Assembly: GCA_964016885.1 (NCBI GenBank)
Contig: OZ024742.1
Span: 66,836,001-66,900,000 of the forward strand
Reading direction: 5' to 3'
DNA length: 64,000 nucleotides
From: Eledone cirrhosa
Taxonomy: Eukaryota
Of this stretch, positions 15,961-29,420 are shown in pieces. Each line of letters starts with the position of its first letter. Positions within the stretch are counted from its first letter, which is position 1. The notes under the pieces are model-generated. The model was not told where the DNA came from. It searched no databases and worked only from the letters and a program-made list of their open reading frames with translations. Position numbers and translations under genes: made by a program.

Positions 15961-16503
15961 TCCAAACAAACTCAAATATTGTCGCAAGATAACTATGGAA
16001 ACAAATGTTAAATTTATGTTTCTTTGTATATAAAAATGACTTAATATTACAAAACACATGTATTTCAAGAAAAGCGGAAACTGGTGGACATGGTCGTGGT
16101 CGTTGTAATATTCGGGGTTTTGATTGGGGTAATATTCGTTATATTAATACTTCTGGGGAAGAGGTCTCTAAATGATTCATGGTTCAGTGTAAGTGATGTT
16201 CGTTGAAATGCTTACATTGGTGGAGGTAGCAGTGACAGGGTGATTAAAATTGTAAGGGACGTGATGTTGCTGGGTTTAAAATAAGATAAGGTGGATGTTG
16301 CCATAATTGATGCACTTTAGTCCCAGGTCAGTCCAGATCCAATAGATCTATAGTCAATACGTATACAGGCATTTCATAAAAAATAAGTGGTATATTTTTA
16401 AGGATAGTTGGTCAATAATTCTAGCATGTCGTTTTCGTGATGCAGCAGGCATATTATATTGACGATATCCAGTCGATAACATATCAAATATGAATCTTTT
16501 TTT

Positions 16504-16536
<33 letters not shown>

Positions 16537-16863
16537 CAAAATTATCATACTTAATTTGTTATAAAATTTTGAAATTGATTATTTCTTGTATGATAATTTA
16601 TGTTGTGATTGATATTCTAGTTATTATTAGAGTAATTAGTATTTTGTCTTCGTGGTTAGATTGTTTTGTTGACGGCACACTATCACTTCTTTTAGACTGT
16701 TTTTTATTCTGGTGATTCTTTAGATCTCACTTGATATTTCAGTTTTGCTTGCCTTTACATATTTTTATTGATCATGTGTATATGAATATATAATTGTGTG
16801 TGTGTGTATGTGTGTGTGGGTTTGTGTGTGTTTGCGTGTGTGCGTGTTTGTGGTGGAAAATAG

Positions 16864-17077
16864 TTTTTTCTACTTTAGGCACAAGGCCTGTAATTTGAAG
16901 GGGAGGGAAAAGTCGATCAAATCGACCCCAGTGTATTACTGGTACTTTATTTTATCGACCCCGTAAGGATAAAAGGCAAAGTTAACCTCGGTGGGATTTA
17001 TGCGCAGATCATAAAGGGTCGTAACTCTATGCTGCAAAGCAAGGCGTCCGACCCTCTACCGATACTCCCAATCCACC
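16864..17077 (-). mobile_element. tRNA-derived SINE, long variant
   Basis: Same family motifs as 13953-14163. Confidence 0.85.
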
Positions 17078-17459
17078 ATGATTGTGTTGGAAAATAATGC
17101 CAATATAACTTGATCAAATAAGATCAGATAAAATACAAGTGTTTAAAAATGGGTAAACTAGATACTATGGGTTGATAACAAGGGATAAAATGTATGTACT
17201 ATACGTGCAGGCATAAACACACGTGTGCACACATATACATGCATACACACATACATACACAAACACATTTATGCACATTCACATGGCTGCATGGATCTAT
17301 GCACAGTCATGTGCATACACATACATATACACACATGCACATGCCCATCCGTATAAAGTCTTAGGTGCATACTCACAGATCTATATATGTCCATATGGGG
17401 AAAGGAGGTGATAAAATTGTCTGCATAAACGCTGCTACATCTATTAAACACATGCACGC

Positions 17460-18390
17460 ACATATGTAAGTGTTACATCCATACACCGCTAGAAGAATCA
17501 AGGAAGAAGAGGTTTTAGGTTTATCTTCCCATATACACATAGGAAATAAGATATGTAAAAGAAAACCTACGAGATGTGTAGTGGTTGGTTGATGGTACAA
17601 TGTAGATGGAGACAAGGAGAGGTGTGGGAGAGTGGGGTGTGAGCAACGTGCCTTTGCATATAGGTACCAAGGAGAGGTGCAGCTGTTTGGACAGGAATAT
17701 AGGGTGGAGCTTATTGCAGGTGCAGGTCCCTGAGCCGGCTTAAATGCCATATTAGCTCAAAAATAATATAAGACACGGCAGTAATCAGTAACAAAGGTGA
17801 TCAATTGGAAGTTCAGTGGGGAGTACCATCTGGAACGAAATGAACTTTGGTATGTACATCAACTACATAAAATACTTGAGAATGATGGTATGAATGTCTA
17901 ATGGGACAGGATTATATAGTGTGATAATATAATAACAGTAAAGAAACTTGTCATAATTATGATAGAAAGAAGAGACTGGATATGTCGAATTAATGCTGTC
18001 AACATTCCACGAGATGAGAGGATTCGCCCAAAAGAAATGGAGAAAGTTAATATATATCAAGACCTTAGAATTAAAGTTCAAATGTTATGTAACATGAAAA
18101 GGATTGAGATCATCACAATAATAATAGGAGCGCTTGGATGTGTGACGAATAACCTAAAGAGAAGGACAGAAAAACTTGGGATCCTTGGAAAAGGTAGAAT
18201 TACTCCAGAAAACGACACTCCTATCAACAGCTTGTGTTTTGAGACGTGTGATGGGAACATACGCCCCATAAGAAGGTAACCGATATTTCCTAAGTCATTA
18301 GTTGAGATGCATCCTCTTGCTTTAGTAATCCGGCAAAAGAATAGCCCGGGAAAGAAGAAATGATGAAGATAATATTGATAATAATAATAT
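17460..18390 (+). mobile_element. 3' fragment of an RLE-type (R4/Dong-like) non-LTR retrotransposon
   Basis: LEND..WD..CD..CRINAVNIPRDERIRPKEMEKVNIYQDLRI..IIIGALGCVTNNL resembles the restriction-like endonuclease; (TAA)n-like tail near 18370. Confidence 0.8.
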
Positions 18391-18497
18391 CGTTTTGGTT
18401 ATTAGGTTTACTGTAGATATTTTTTAAACACACAGACACACACGCGCACACACGCACTCACACAAGCATACGCACACACACAAACACATACACACAT

Positions 18498-18535
<38 letters not shown>

Positions 18536-18638
18536 TCCCCCCACCACCACTCTCAAAAGCGTGAACCTAATAAACTACCATTTGTACTGCTTCTGTTTTT
18601 TGTTCCTGTCTAATATTTAACTATATATATATATATAT

Positions 18639-19254
18639 AACGAAGGAAATGTGGTAAGGAACCAGGTGGACCATAACGCACCAAAGTACTCAATACTTGA
18701 GGTAGTAGAGTGGGTAATAGGAACCAGTAAGACCCCGACAGCTGAGCTCAAGCCGTTTCGACGGCTAATTCTGGACTAAATGAAAATTTATCCTGGTATT
18801 TAGATAGCCGATCTTCTCAAGGGGTAATTCCATATATGGTCAAAGTGATTGTCAAAAATCAGTAGTAATTCTGTGGTTGCAAATTAGTAAGGGAGATGGT
18901 GGCTAAACCTGCCAGTAGGAGAAAGAGGGGAGCGGGTGGAAGTCGTTCCGACTTCCTCCCCCTCCCCCTCCCCTGCATCTTCTTTGACCTCATGCCCAGC
19001 TGTAGCTGGCACTACCAACGCTTGATTGGGTCTACTCCACCCCCTCCCCTCTTTCTCCTACTGGCAGGTTTAGCCACCATCTCCCCTACTAATTTGCAAC
19101 CACAGAATTACTACTGATTTTTGACAATCACTTTGACCATATATGGAATTACCCCTTGAGAAGATCGGGTATTTAAATACCAGGATAAATGTTCCTTTAG
19201 TCCAGAATTAGCCGTCGAAACGGCTTGAGCTCAGCTGTCGGGGTCTTACTGGTT

Positions 19255-19259
<5 letters not shown>
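18639..19259. mobile_element. Fold-back pseudo-LTR element (arms about 18718-18941 / 19035-19259, 80-nt unpaired tail 18639-18717)
   Basis: Reverse-complement arms flanked by (TA)n; family also at 22355-22497, 28317-28490 and 31638-31790; HHR-like motif 19152-19229. Confidence 0.85.
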
Positions 19260-19289
<30 letters not shown>

Positions 19290-19291
<2 letters not shown>

Positions 19292-21498
19292 TAAATTTCT
19301 TTAAGTCGTTTGGAAGCCTCGACAATGCAGATGGGTGAATCTCCGGGTAACAAGATCCGGTGGTGGAGAGAGAGATGTAGGTGGGTGTACGTTGAGATGC
19401 GTGGCGTATATATGACTGTAGCGTGTAGAGGAATGAAGGAAAGAGCGTAAAGGATAAAAATAAAAATAAAAAAACGTGATAGAGTTACCTTGGGAGAGAT
19501 TTAATTGTTCCTATATATTTCGGATTCACATTCATCAACTGGGTTTTTTCCGGGGGGGGGGGGGGGGTTGTATGTCGGAAAGGTGCTAAACGTGTCCTCC
19601 GCTGTTCGTTGTTTTGAATATCTGAGGTATTCAGCAGAGCGCACATGCGCTTGAAATGCGGTCGGTCAGGCAGAGGTCAGCGGCCGAAGTAGTTCTTTAA
19701 ATTGTGGGAGTGGGGTGGCGCTAGCTGTCAGTCCAGATTATTCTCTGCCTGTTTGGTGAATGTTACTGTGTGTGTGTGTGTGCGTGTGTTGTTGTCTCGC
19801 TTGAGTGTGTGTGTGTGTGCGTGTGTTGTTGCCTTGTTCCTCTGTATTGGCAGTGCAGTATGTTCGTATGGTGGAATGCTACTGTGTGTGTGTGCGTGTG
19901 TTGCTGTCTCGCTTGTGTGTGTGTGTACGTGTGTTGCTGCATCGTTTGTTAACTTAAACCAACCACCTCATTTCGATTCTCTCGGATCGGTTGTTTAATT
20001 GTGGCCCTAGGCGTTGAACCAAAGTGCTTCCTTGATACGTAATGTGCCACGTTTCTTTCTGTCGCTAGAATTGTGGCAATGGGCTTTCCGTCTTTGTTTC
20101 CGCATTTGGCTATGTGTTTCCGGAAAGACGAGGCCCTGGTGTTAGTGTGCTCCTTGATCCGGATGTGCAACGGCCGGATTGCGGTACCTATATAGTATTG
20201 GTTGCACTTGTTAGATTCGATCTTATGCACGACGTATGTTGTGTGTAGGCAACAGTTCTCATGGCGAATCGGGCAGTCGCTGAGGGAGCACGCGTCAGTT
20301 GATTTTCGGGTTTCCTGCAGAGGCATCTTCGCAGGGAGGGGCCGAGTGGGCCAGGTGGTTGTCGAGGCCATCCCTCCGTATAGCCTTGCGGATAGCGTTG
20401 GTGGTATTCTCGCCCAGGTGTGGCATTTTAAGGAAGCACTTGCCTTGGGTGCCTCTCTGTCTCTTGTGTCTGGTGTCTCCTACTCTGTCTGTGAGCGAGG
20501 TAGGGTACCCGTTCGTCTCCAGCACCTCGATGAATCGCTTGGTATGAGTGACACCACTCGCGGGATAGCTGCATCTGTTTTTGATTCGCGCGATCTCGTT
20601 CGTGATGGATCCTCTTTTGGCACTGTTAGGGAGGGCGGACTTGTAGTGGACGAACAGGTCCCTGCAGGCTGCCTTTCGGTAGATGGGTCACTTGCCCTCG
20701 ACGGGCCACTTGCCCTCGACGGATCACTTGCCGACGACGGGTCGCTTGCCCTCCTCGACTTCCGAATCAACATCACGGAACAGGGAGGGATCCACTGCAA
20801 CTTATACCGAAAGGCAGCCTGCAGGGAGCTGTTCGTCCAATACAAGTCCGCCCTCCCGCACACACACACACACATACACAGTAGCATTCCACCATACGAA
20901 CATACTACACTTCTAATACAGAGGAACAATGAAACAACACACACACTCAAGCGAGACAACAGCACACGCACACACACACACAGTAACATTCACCAAACAG
21001 GCAGAGAATAATATGGACTGACAGCTAGCGCCACCCCACTCCCACAATTGAAAGAACTACTTCGACCGCTGACCCCTGCCTGACCGACCCCATTTCACGC
21101 GCACACGCGCTCTGCTGAATACCTCACATATTCAATACAACGAACAGCGGAGGACACGTTTCGCACCTTTCCGACAGACAACCTCCCCCCCCCCCGGAAA
21201 AAACCCAGTTGATGGATGTGAATCCGAAATATATAGGGAGGATTAAATCTCTCCCAAGGTAACTCTATCTCGTGTTTTTATTTTTATTTTTATCCTTTAC
21301 GCTCTTTCCTTCATTCCTCTGGACGTTACAGTCTCATACACGCCACGCATCTCAACGTACACCCACTTACATCTCTCTCTCCACCACCGGATCTTGTTAC
21401 CCGGAGATTTACCCATCTGCATTGTCGAGGCTTCCAAACGACTTAAAGAAATTTACCTTATTATTCCACAATGCTTCAAGCAAACTTCAATACTCTCA
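19290..21498 (-). mobile_element. Rearranged PLE with ~600-bp inverted arms (19290-19890 / 20870-21457), internal RT-end + GIY-YIG EN, and a 40-nt tail
   Basis: Minus: YRKAACRDLFVHYKSALP..MLETNGYP..CSLSDCPI..YVVHKI..CNQYYIGTAIRPLHIRIKEH (19949-20681). Plus: LLDFRINI..NLYRKAACRELFVQYKSALP (20750-20858). (TA)n on both sides. Confidence 0.92.
20682..20753 (+). repeat. 4 x 18-bp tandem repeat at the PLE inversion junction
   Basis: gatgggtcacttgccctc gacgggccacttgccctc gacggatcacttgccgac gacgggtcgcttgccctc. Confidence 0.9.
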
Positions 21499-21894
21499 TA
21501 TATATATATATATCAATGTTATTGATGTTCGTACAAATATTAATCTATTGTTCAACTTTTGGGCTTGTATTTTCAACATTATCATGAACAATACAACAAA
21601 ATATGAATAGTATATAAGTTGTCGTGTATTTACAAAAAGGTCAATAGAGATACAAATTCAGATCACTGACAACCTGTTGTGTAGACTACGGCACACTTGT
21701 GCATAATCTCTAACGTCTTATATTGTTTGTATATTGAATACCTCTATATCCTGACTCATGCCAATGTTAACACTACTTAATAAGATTTATAGTCGTGCTT
21801 CTTTATTTTCACCAAACACTCTGAAATAATTAGCTCACCCCATAAGACAACACCCATCATTCTATAGTAATGAATACCTTCTTGTTCTTTAATA

Positions 21895-21959
<65 letters not shown>

Positions 21960-22206
21960 CTTATATAAGGATTAGAATACTGGAGCGTGTTTGAGTCAAA
22001 CACATTCTTCGTATTATAGAAATGACAGTAAAAGGTATAGCTCAATGCAGTTAAACATAGCCGAAAAATTAAGAGAGTAAAACAAACTTATATATATATA
22101 TTTTTTTTAATTAAATAACAGGAGGCTGGACTTGTGTACTCCTTGAAAGGTTTGATCATACGGAATAACCAGCTCTATCCAGTAGTGAACCTTCAAACCT
22201 AAATAA

Positions 22207-22330
<124 letters not shown>

Positions 22331-22492
22331 TATATATAAATATATATATATATAACGAAGGAGGTGTAGTAAGGAACCAGATGGACCATAACGAACCAGA
22401 GTATTGAATACTTAGGGGAGTAGAGTGAGCTATTTTCTGGACTGATATAGCCGTCGAAACGGCTTGAGCCCTGCCGTTGGTGTCACACAGTT

Positions 22493-22589
<97 letters not shown>

Positions 22590-23266
22590 CGTGTTTGTGT
22601 GTGTGTATGTGTGTGTATGTATGTATATAGATGAATAAATATAGATATCCGTGTGATGTTGATGGACGAAAAATGTGTACTGAATACTGAATTGGAGTTT
22701 AAATAGTTTTATATGACCAAGTGAAAGATCTTTTACTCCACATTCATATGTGTACTCACGGGTTCATCCGACAAGAATTAGCTGATGATACTGGATGTAC
22801 ACAGGAAAACGTCCTGCATAAGAAGACTAATTACTTTAGCTACATTAAGGCACATAAAGCACACATGAAGTACACATATGTATATATGTATATATATCTA
22901 TCTATATATATGTGTGTGTGTCTGGGTATAACAATATTAAACCATATACAAAAAAAGGGTATATATCAATTAAGAAATGATTAATAGTGTGTACATATAT
23001 AAGTAATCATGGTGTTAGAGAGGTAAGGTAACAAGAAAAGTATTAACGGAAGAGGTCACAGAATGTGTGATGAAAGCTCTTTGACCATCAATGACTGAAC
23101 ATCCATTCGATTATTAAAATAAGCGACTAGTAAATTATAATAATTAATTGAATTGAAACATAAAGGTGTGTGTGATTTCTCTTGCCTGCATGACACTCCC
23201 AAAATATAACATCTGTTTAAACATACGTTTACATATACATATATACATGCACACACACACACACAC

Positions 23267-23518
<252 letters not shown>

Positions 23519-23639
23519 TATTTACTTATCGAGAGAGAGAAAAGGAGGGATAGGTAATACATGTAATTATTTGCCAAATAGCGTATGCATATGGTGCTCA
23601 ATACTAGTGCCGGCAGTGTTAGATATTAGAAGTCTTAAT

Positions 23640-25838
23640 AACTAGTGGACGAGAGAATTAGCAGAGCGTAAGCACTTGGAGAAGTAAAATACAGGCGAAC
23701 AGACCGTTAAAACATGTTTTTTTTTAAACACGACTTACGTACGTTTCGCCCGAATGGGCTTCTCAAGGGCATAATAACTAAAAAGCGTTCCTTACATCAC
23801 CAGAATGGGTTTTCAGAGATAATTTCACGTCAGAGTTCATTCTTCGTAAAAAAACATGTTTTGATTTTTCAGTAGGTCAAGGGAGATAACTCTGGCCGGT
23901 GTTAGGGCAGTCTTTCCCAGACAAATGTTTTATGCGATACAAGCATGTGGTTACTACCTTACCATTGCTGATACGTACAGGGTCAGGTATGCAACGTTTG
24001 ATTCGAGACGTTTTTTTACTGCGCCTGCCCACGTGGGTCGATACGTGCCGGGTCTGGTATGCATGGTTAGTTTCCGGATGTTTTTAGCAGCGCCTGCCCG
24101 CCGGGGTGTTAAAGCTTGGTGCAGAGAGACCCGGTTTACGGTTTCCCTCCTCGTTCTTATTCCATCTGAAGTCGGATTTTTTTAAGCGGTGTGTACAGCC
24201 CATAGTCGTTTCAGCTCTGCTGTTGATGAGCTGGTGGGGTGCCGTTATGATGTGGTAGAGTTCCATGAAGCAAAGCTCGCACTTCCTCTTGAAGTTGTAC
24301 GGTGCAGCCCTGCCGACAATTTCCCAGTGTGTGGAGAAGCTGATGTTTAAGTCTTGTAATGCTGTGATGTAGTTCGGGAGCGAAGTAGAGTGTCTTAATT
24401 TCTTATAAGCGAAAGAGTGGAGATGTGTTCGAAATCTAATTTTGAACGGGCCAGAGATAGCCCCTGTATAATGTTTAATGCTATTAAGGCTAGTTACGGT
24501 GCACCTACATATAAGCCTATCAGTCAAGAAGTTTCCCTTAAGGGGGAAGCGTCCCCTGTCTCGGCAGTTGCAATTTCGGTCGGGGTCTCTTCTAGCTCCC
24601 ACAGTAAGGATATTATTATTGCTATCTACGTTGTTACCTACGCTCCAAAATCTGTCATTAGCACCATTGTAACCCACTATGCGCAGGGTGGTACCATCAT
24701 TAATCCTCACCCAGCAGCGTCTTCCGTTGCCGCCAGGTGACCCGTGTAGGTCACCTGCATATTCCCCAGTCATGTCGCAGTTATGTTGGTTGTGTCTATA
24801 GAGGCTGTTGCCAGCACTAGTGGGTGTCGCTAGGGAGTCGTTAAGGCCGATATAGTTGTTGTCAGGTGTAGGTGCGTCTGTGCTAAGGTGCTGTGTCTTG
24901 GTGATCTTACTGTGATTTGTTGTTCCTATGATGTCTGCTAGGTTAGAGGTAGTAGAGAAGGATATTTTTATATTGTTCCTATTAAGGATTTTCCTATACC
25001 TATGGTTGGGTGGGAAGTTCTTCTCTAAGGCTTCGAAGAATATACGCGGTATGTCGGAGGCTATACTCTGAGAGTAGGGGGGTTGGAACCATAGGAAGTT
25101 ACGGTGGCGGGTACGTGTCTTAGTACGTGTGCTACGGGTATTGCTATCAGAGTAACCGTTCTTATGCATGTTAATGCGCTGTATAGCCCGTTACGTGTCC
25201 CTTTCGCTTTATGCTCGGATGCACTCTTCTTCCTTCTTCTATGTTTATGTATAGGAAGATGTTGGTTGGAAGGCATTTGTAGTAGGCCGTCACCTTTGTT
25301 GATTTTATAGTAGGGGAATAATTCAAGTAGGCCACAGTAGTCAATGTCACCGGGGTCGTGATCTTTATTGTGGTAAGAAACCTATACTATCGCCAGTGTA
25401 ATTAACATTGTGGCCGTGTTTCTTAGTGCGATTTTCTATACTATTACATCCGACAACTTCGAAGTCGCCGCGTGATCGGTTATAGATATGGCTTACTATA
25501 ACGTTAGTCTTATGAGGGGGGTGGTTTCTGGAGCTAGCATTAGGGATGTAGGAGATTCCTCGGTTAAAGTGGGCACTCTCTCACGGCCCTATTGTAGTAA
25601 AGTGTCGCTTGGTTGACGATATCCTCATTGGCGGAGAGCCTCGAGATCCTATGTGAGATGCTATAGACAATCGAGTTGAGAGTCTGCTTAGGGTTGTTGG
25701 AGGCATAATTGATATAAGAAAGACTCTCTCCAGGCTTATGGTATGGCTTGTATAGGCCCGTACTCAACTCCAGGGACACGTCCAGGAAGTTGACAATCTG
25801 GTGGTTGAGGTCTATAGTTACAGGATTGGCCGTATGAC
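23640..25838 (-). mobile_element. 5'-truncated Hydra-clade-like PLE (RT C-terminus, linker, GIY-YIG EN, 3' pseudo-LTR)
   Basis: VNFLDVSLEL..YKPYHKP..YINYASNNP (25564-25854); FLWFQPPYS..CNCRDRGRFPL..HYTGAI..FKIRF..HWEIV..CELCFME..INSRAE..CTH (24084-25169). Confidence 0.92.
23729..23772 (-). ncRNA. HHR with U3-A8 core variant in the PLE 3' region
   Basis: Minus: TTGAGAA-gccc attc gggc-GAAA-cgtacg-TA; stem I imperfect. Confidence 0.7.
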
Positions 25839-25861
25839 TTATATATATATACATATAATAA

Positions 25862-26020
25862 TTGTTTCTACCTTTGACACAAGGCCAGCAATCACCCAGT
25901 GCATTACTGGTACTTTATTTTATCGACCCCGTAAAGATGAAAGGCAAAGTTAACATCGGCGGGATTTGAACTCAGAATGCGTCAAAGCATGGTGTCCGAC
26001 CCTCTAATGATACTGCCAAT
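25862..26020 (-). mobile_element. tRNA-derived SINE, short variant
   Basis: Same family motifs. Confidence 0.85.
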
Positions 26021-26500
26021 GACTAAAATCCAAAGAAGGCTCGATAAGGATAAATATATATCAAATATATAAGAAATGTAGAGCAAATATTTATTAAAAT
26101 AACAGATTAAAATTTCAACAAAAATCGCTGCTTTCACCCTTAACGGGATCTTCTGAAACTAAAGAAATCAATCTGTGAACGCAGAAGTAAATATTTCGAA
26201 AAAATGTTGTAACTGAAGGAAGACGGGAAGACGATACTTTGGTTTGTGGAAACGTTCCCTGGAAAAGGACGGAAAAAAACGAGGTCATTATTTGGAGCGG
26301 TGAAAACAATTACAAGCAAAGACAAAACCACGTTTATGGTATAAATGAAGTCGTAGACTAATATTCTATTAGGTGGTTGTGGAGACGTTCCCTGGCAATG
26401 AACGTAAAAAACGAAGATAATACGTCATTATATGGACCACTGAGAACAATTACACGCAAACACAAAACCACGTTTATGGTATCACTGAAGTCGTAGATTA
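26021..26500 (-). mobile_element. Non-coding pseudo-LTR family with CAGAAGA HHR-like motif (26111-26160) and ~140-bp internal tandem repeat
   Basis: Homologous to 59550-60015 and 3061-3130; aacaattac..aaaaccacgtttatggtat..tgaagtcgtaga repeated at about 26305 and 26445. Confidence 0.75.
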
Positions 26501-26824
26501 AAATTTGATTTAGGAAACCCAATGATTCTCGGCTTCGGAGTTAAGAATAATGTAAATAAATTACAGAGGTTATTGAAATCAACCATAATTAAATATATAC
26601 ATGCACGCATCCATAAACTTACATGCATACGCGAAAACACCCGCCATGGGTATGCAAATACAGGCACATACACAAAAACACGCGCACACATACAAAGACC
26701 TACGCAACGTCTGTGCCCTCACATACATATGTACTAGCTCTGAGTGTGTATCTCTATTATATATTTCACGAACGTACACTGTACGGTTTCTAGGCCACAT
26801 CTCCTAATGTTTAGGACCCGAGAT

Positions 26825-27275
26825 TTTCACCAAACTCTATCCCTTTCTCTATTTATATCAATACTTATCTCTATTAATCGTCTCACTCTATTAATTACAA
26901 CAAAACTCACTCCTTCTCTACATCAACCGTACAACATTCTCTCCCAATCACCCAGTATATCAATTAACATCAAACTCGCCTCCCGCTATAACTATTTCAC
27001 GAAATTCTCTTCCAATCCCCTCTAACTGCTAAACAACTCCTAAATGATTTTAACTCAGAAATGAGACATACGAAATTGTATATCAATTATCTCCAAACTC
27101 TCCCCCTCTCTATATCTACGACACGGTACTCTCTTCCAGTACCCCTCTATATATCAATTAACCACGAACTCTCCTGCTCTCTATGTCTAATATACAACAC
27201 TCTCCCTATTTTTCTCTTTATATCAATTACCACTAAACTCTCCCCCTCTTTATATCTATATGTGTCTCTCCCATC
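26825..27275 (+). repeat. Degenerate ~35-40-bp C/T-rich minisatellite
   Basis: Recurrent tatatcaatta(c/a)cac.aaactctcccc.tctc units. Confidence 0.65.
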
Positions 27276-28241
27276 TGTTGCTACATGACAGGTATATAAA
27301 TTGTAGCGGATATACAAATAAATGTGTTTTGGTAGTTTGGAGAGAAAAATATAATTATTTAGGTGGGGCTGAAGGGAGAGGGGGTACCCCCTGTACCCCC
27401 TCCCCCAGTTCCGCTGCCCCTGTTACGATCACTCAAGAGAAATAGGACAATACATGCACGAATACTAAGACCACCAAACGCGCCAAATAAATATGTTACG
27501 ACAAAGAGTAATTACAAAATTAAATTAAGATTTCCCCTTTTAAGTTCAAAACAGTCCCCTGTCCCCAGGAACAACACCATGTGGGTCCTCTTAACTCCTT
27601 TTCGTTAATATATTTTTAATAAAATGTACTTTCTATGTAATCCCATTAAATTTGAAAAGAAAACAAAACGACCGATTTGGGGGAATTTAGGAATCTAAGT
27701 AACCACTCCATTATTAAGTTGGTGTTTGGAACATAACTTAAAAAAGGTTTTTACACAAAATTATGATTGGAGGTGAAAAATATAAACATTTTAAAATTAA
27801 GAGTTTGGTGAAGTAGAAACTAGGCCTGTTTTAATATCGAGACGGTTAATCGATAATATTAACTTTGATTTGTCCGACATTAATGTCGGGGTGATGGCTT
27901 TGTAGAGGTACAATTGGAGAAGTGGGATCGAATCCCAGGAATTTTAACTTTGATTTTTATATGAGATCCGTTCACTACAGCCATGCCCCTCACCGTATTG
28001 CTAACTTAATCCATTTGGAGGGGCATGAGCGTAAACAAAACCCCGAGTTCTCAATTGTGTGTGGGCAATTTTGTTGACCACGACGGTGTTACGAGTTTTT
28101 TCGCTCTTTGAGGGAGCTCTGGAGGCGTGACCGCCGTGGATCCATGGGATGGCTGTGTATATTTGTATGCATATGTGTATATATATATATATATATTATA
28201 CATATATATATATATATATGATTGCAGGAAACTGTGTGTAT

Positions 28242-28316
<75 letters not shown>

Positions 28317-28318
<2 letters not shown>

Positions 28319-29420
28319 GAAAAAAGTATGACCCCGACGGCAGAGCTCAAGCCGTTTCGACGGCTATTTCTGGACTAAATTAGAATTTTTAGCCCGGTGA
28401 ATAAATAGCGGAAGTTTTCAAGGGGGTACTTCCTTATATGGGAAGATTGTAGTTGTCAAGAGGATTGGTTAAAATGTGTTGTAAACACAAATAAGTCTAT
28501 CATGGCATTTGGTGGGAGGTAGGGGTGGCTGAACTTGCCTGTAGAACAATAGGGGAGTGAGTGGAGCGGCCAAGCGTTGAAAGTGATATGTATAGATCAG
28601 ATTCTAAGGATAGTGTATGAAGTGGGGGAGGGAGGTTATAGAATAGGTAAATCGAATGAGAGTAGGAGATAATAAAAGATACAAGAAATAAATACAAAAT
28701 AAAAAAATATATATAAAATTAGATAGTGAGAAATGAATAAAGAAATCACAATGCTATCTTACAATTACAGGTTAATAAGTTGAGAATATAAAAAAACTTA
28801 TAGAAATTACAAAACAGATACAAACTCAAAGGGGTTTTTAACACATCTGCTACAATTAGTTAGTCAAACGTATTCGGCCAAAATGTGTCGGTGTTGGTAG
28901 AGCTGGGCCTTGAAGTCACACGCGGTTAATCCTATATAAGCTTTGTTGGAGGAGTCCGTCCACACGTTGCACTGGTAGATCACGTTACGTTCTAGGGATT
29001 TGTTGTTGAGGGGGCACGTGGATCTATCAGGGCAGTTACACCTCCTGGTCGGCTCTCCACTGATGTCTAGGTTATTTCTTCTATAGTTTTTTATTGTTTG
29101 AGGAGACGATATTTTGTGCGAAGTTAGGTGTGGTTCTGTAGTAGAGTTTGATGGTGTTTTTGTTGATTATGTTGTGGTAGCGGTGTTGTAGTGGGAAGTG
29201 TTTTTGGAGAAGTCTAAAGAAGATTTTCCCGATCGGTGTTGCCACCTCGGCATTGTGGGGAGGATTGAACCACTTTACGTTGCGTGAGCGGCGGTGTCGC
29301 CTGCTGGTTCCGCTAAGGGAAGCTGGATAAAAGGATATTTCCTCCCGGAAGCCACTCCGCTTGAGGGCCTGGTTGATATGAGGCGCGTGTTCGTCGAATA
29401 TCCGAGAATCAGTAAAAAGA
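28317..29420 (-). mobile_element. Hydra-clade-like PLE fragment with its pseudo-LTR (28317-28490)
   Basis: Minus: RNVKWFNPPHNAEVATPIGKIFFRLLQKHFP; RCNCPDRSTCPLNNKSLERNVIYQCNVWTDSSNKAYIGLTACDFK; EN C-terminus deleted. Confidence 0.88.

Noticed and set aside
20202-21011. 269-aa ORF as a novel gene
   Set aside because: Antisense read-through of the PLE EN/RT, plus the junction repeat and CA-rich UTR.
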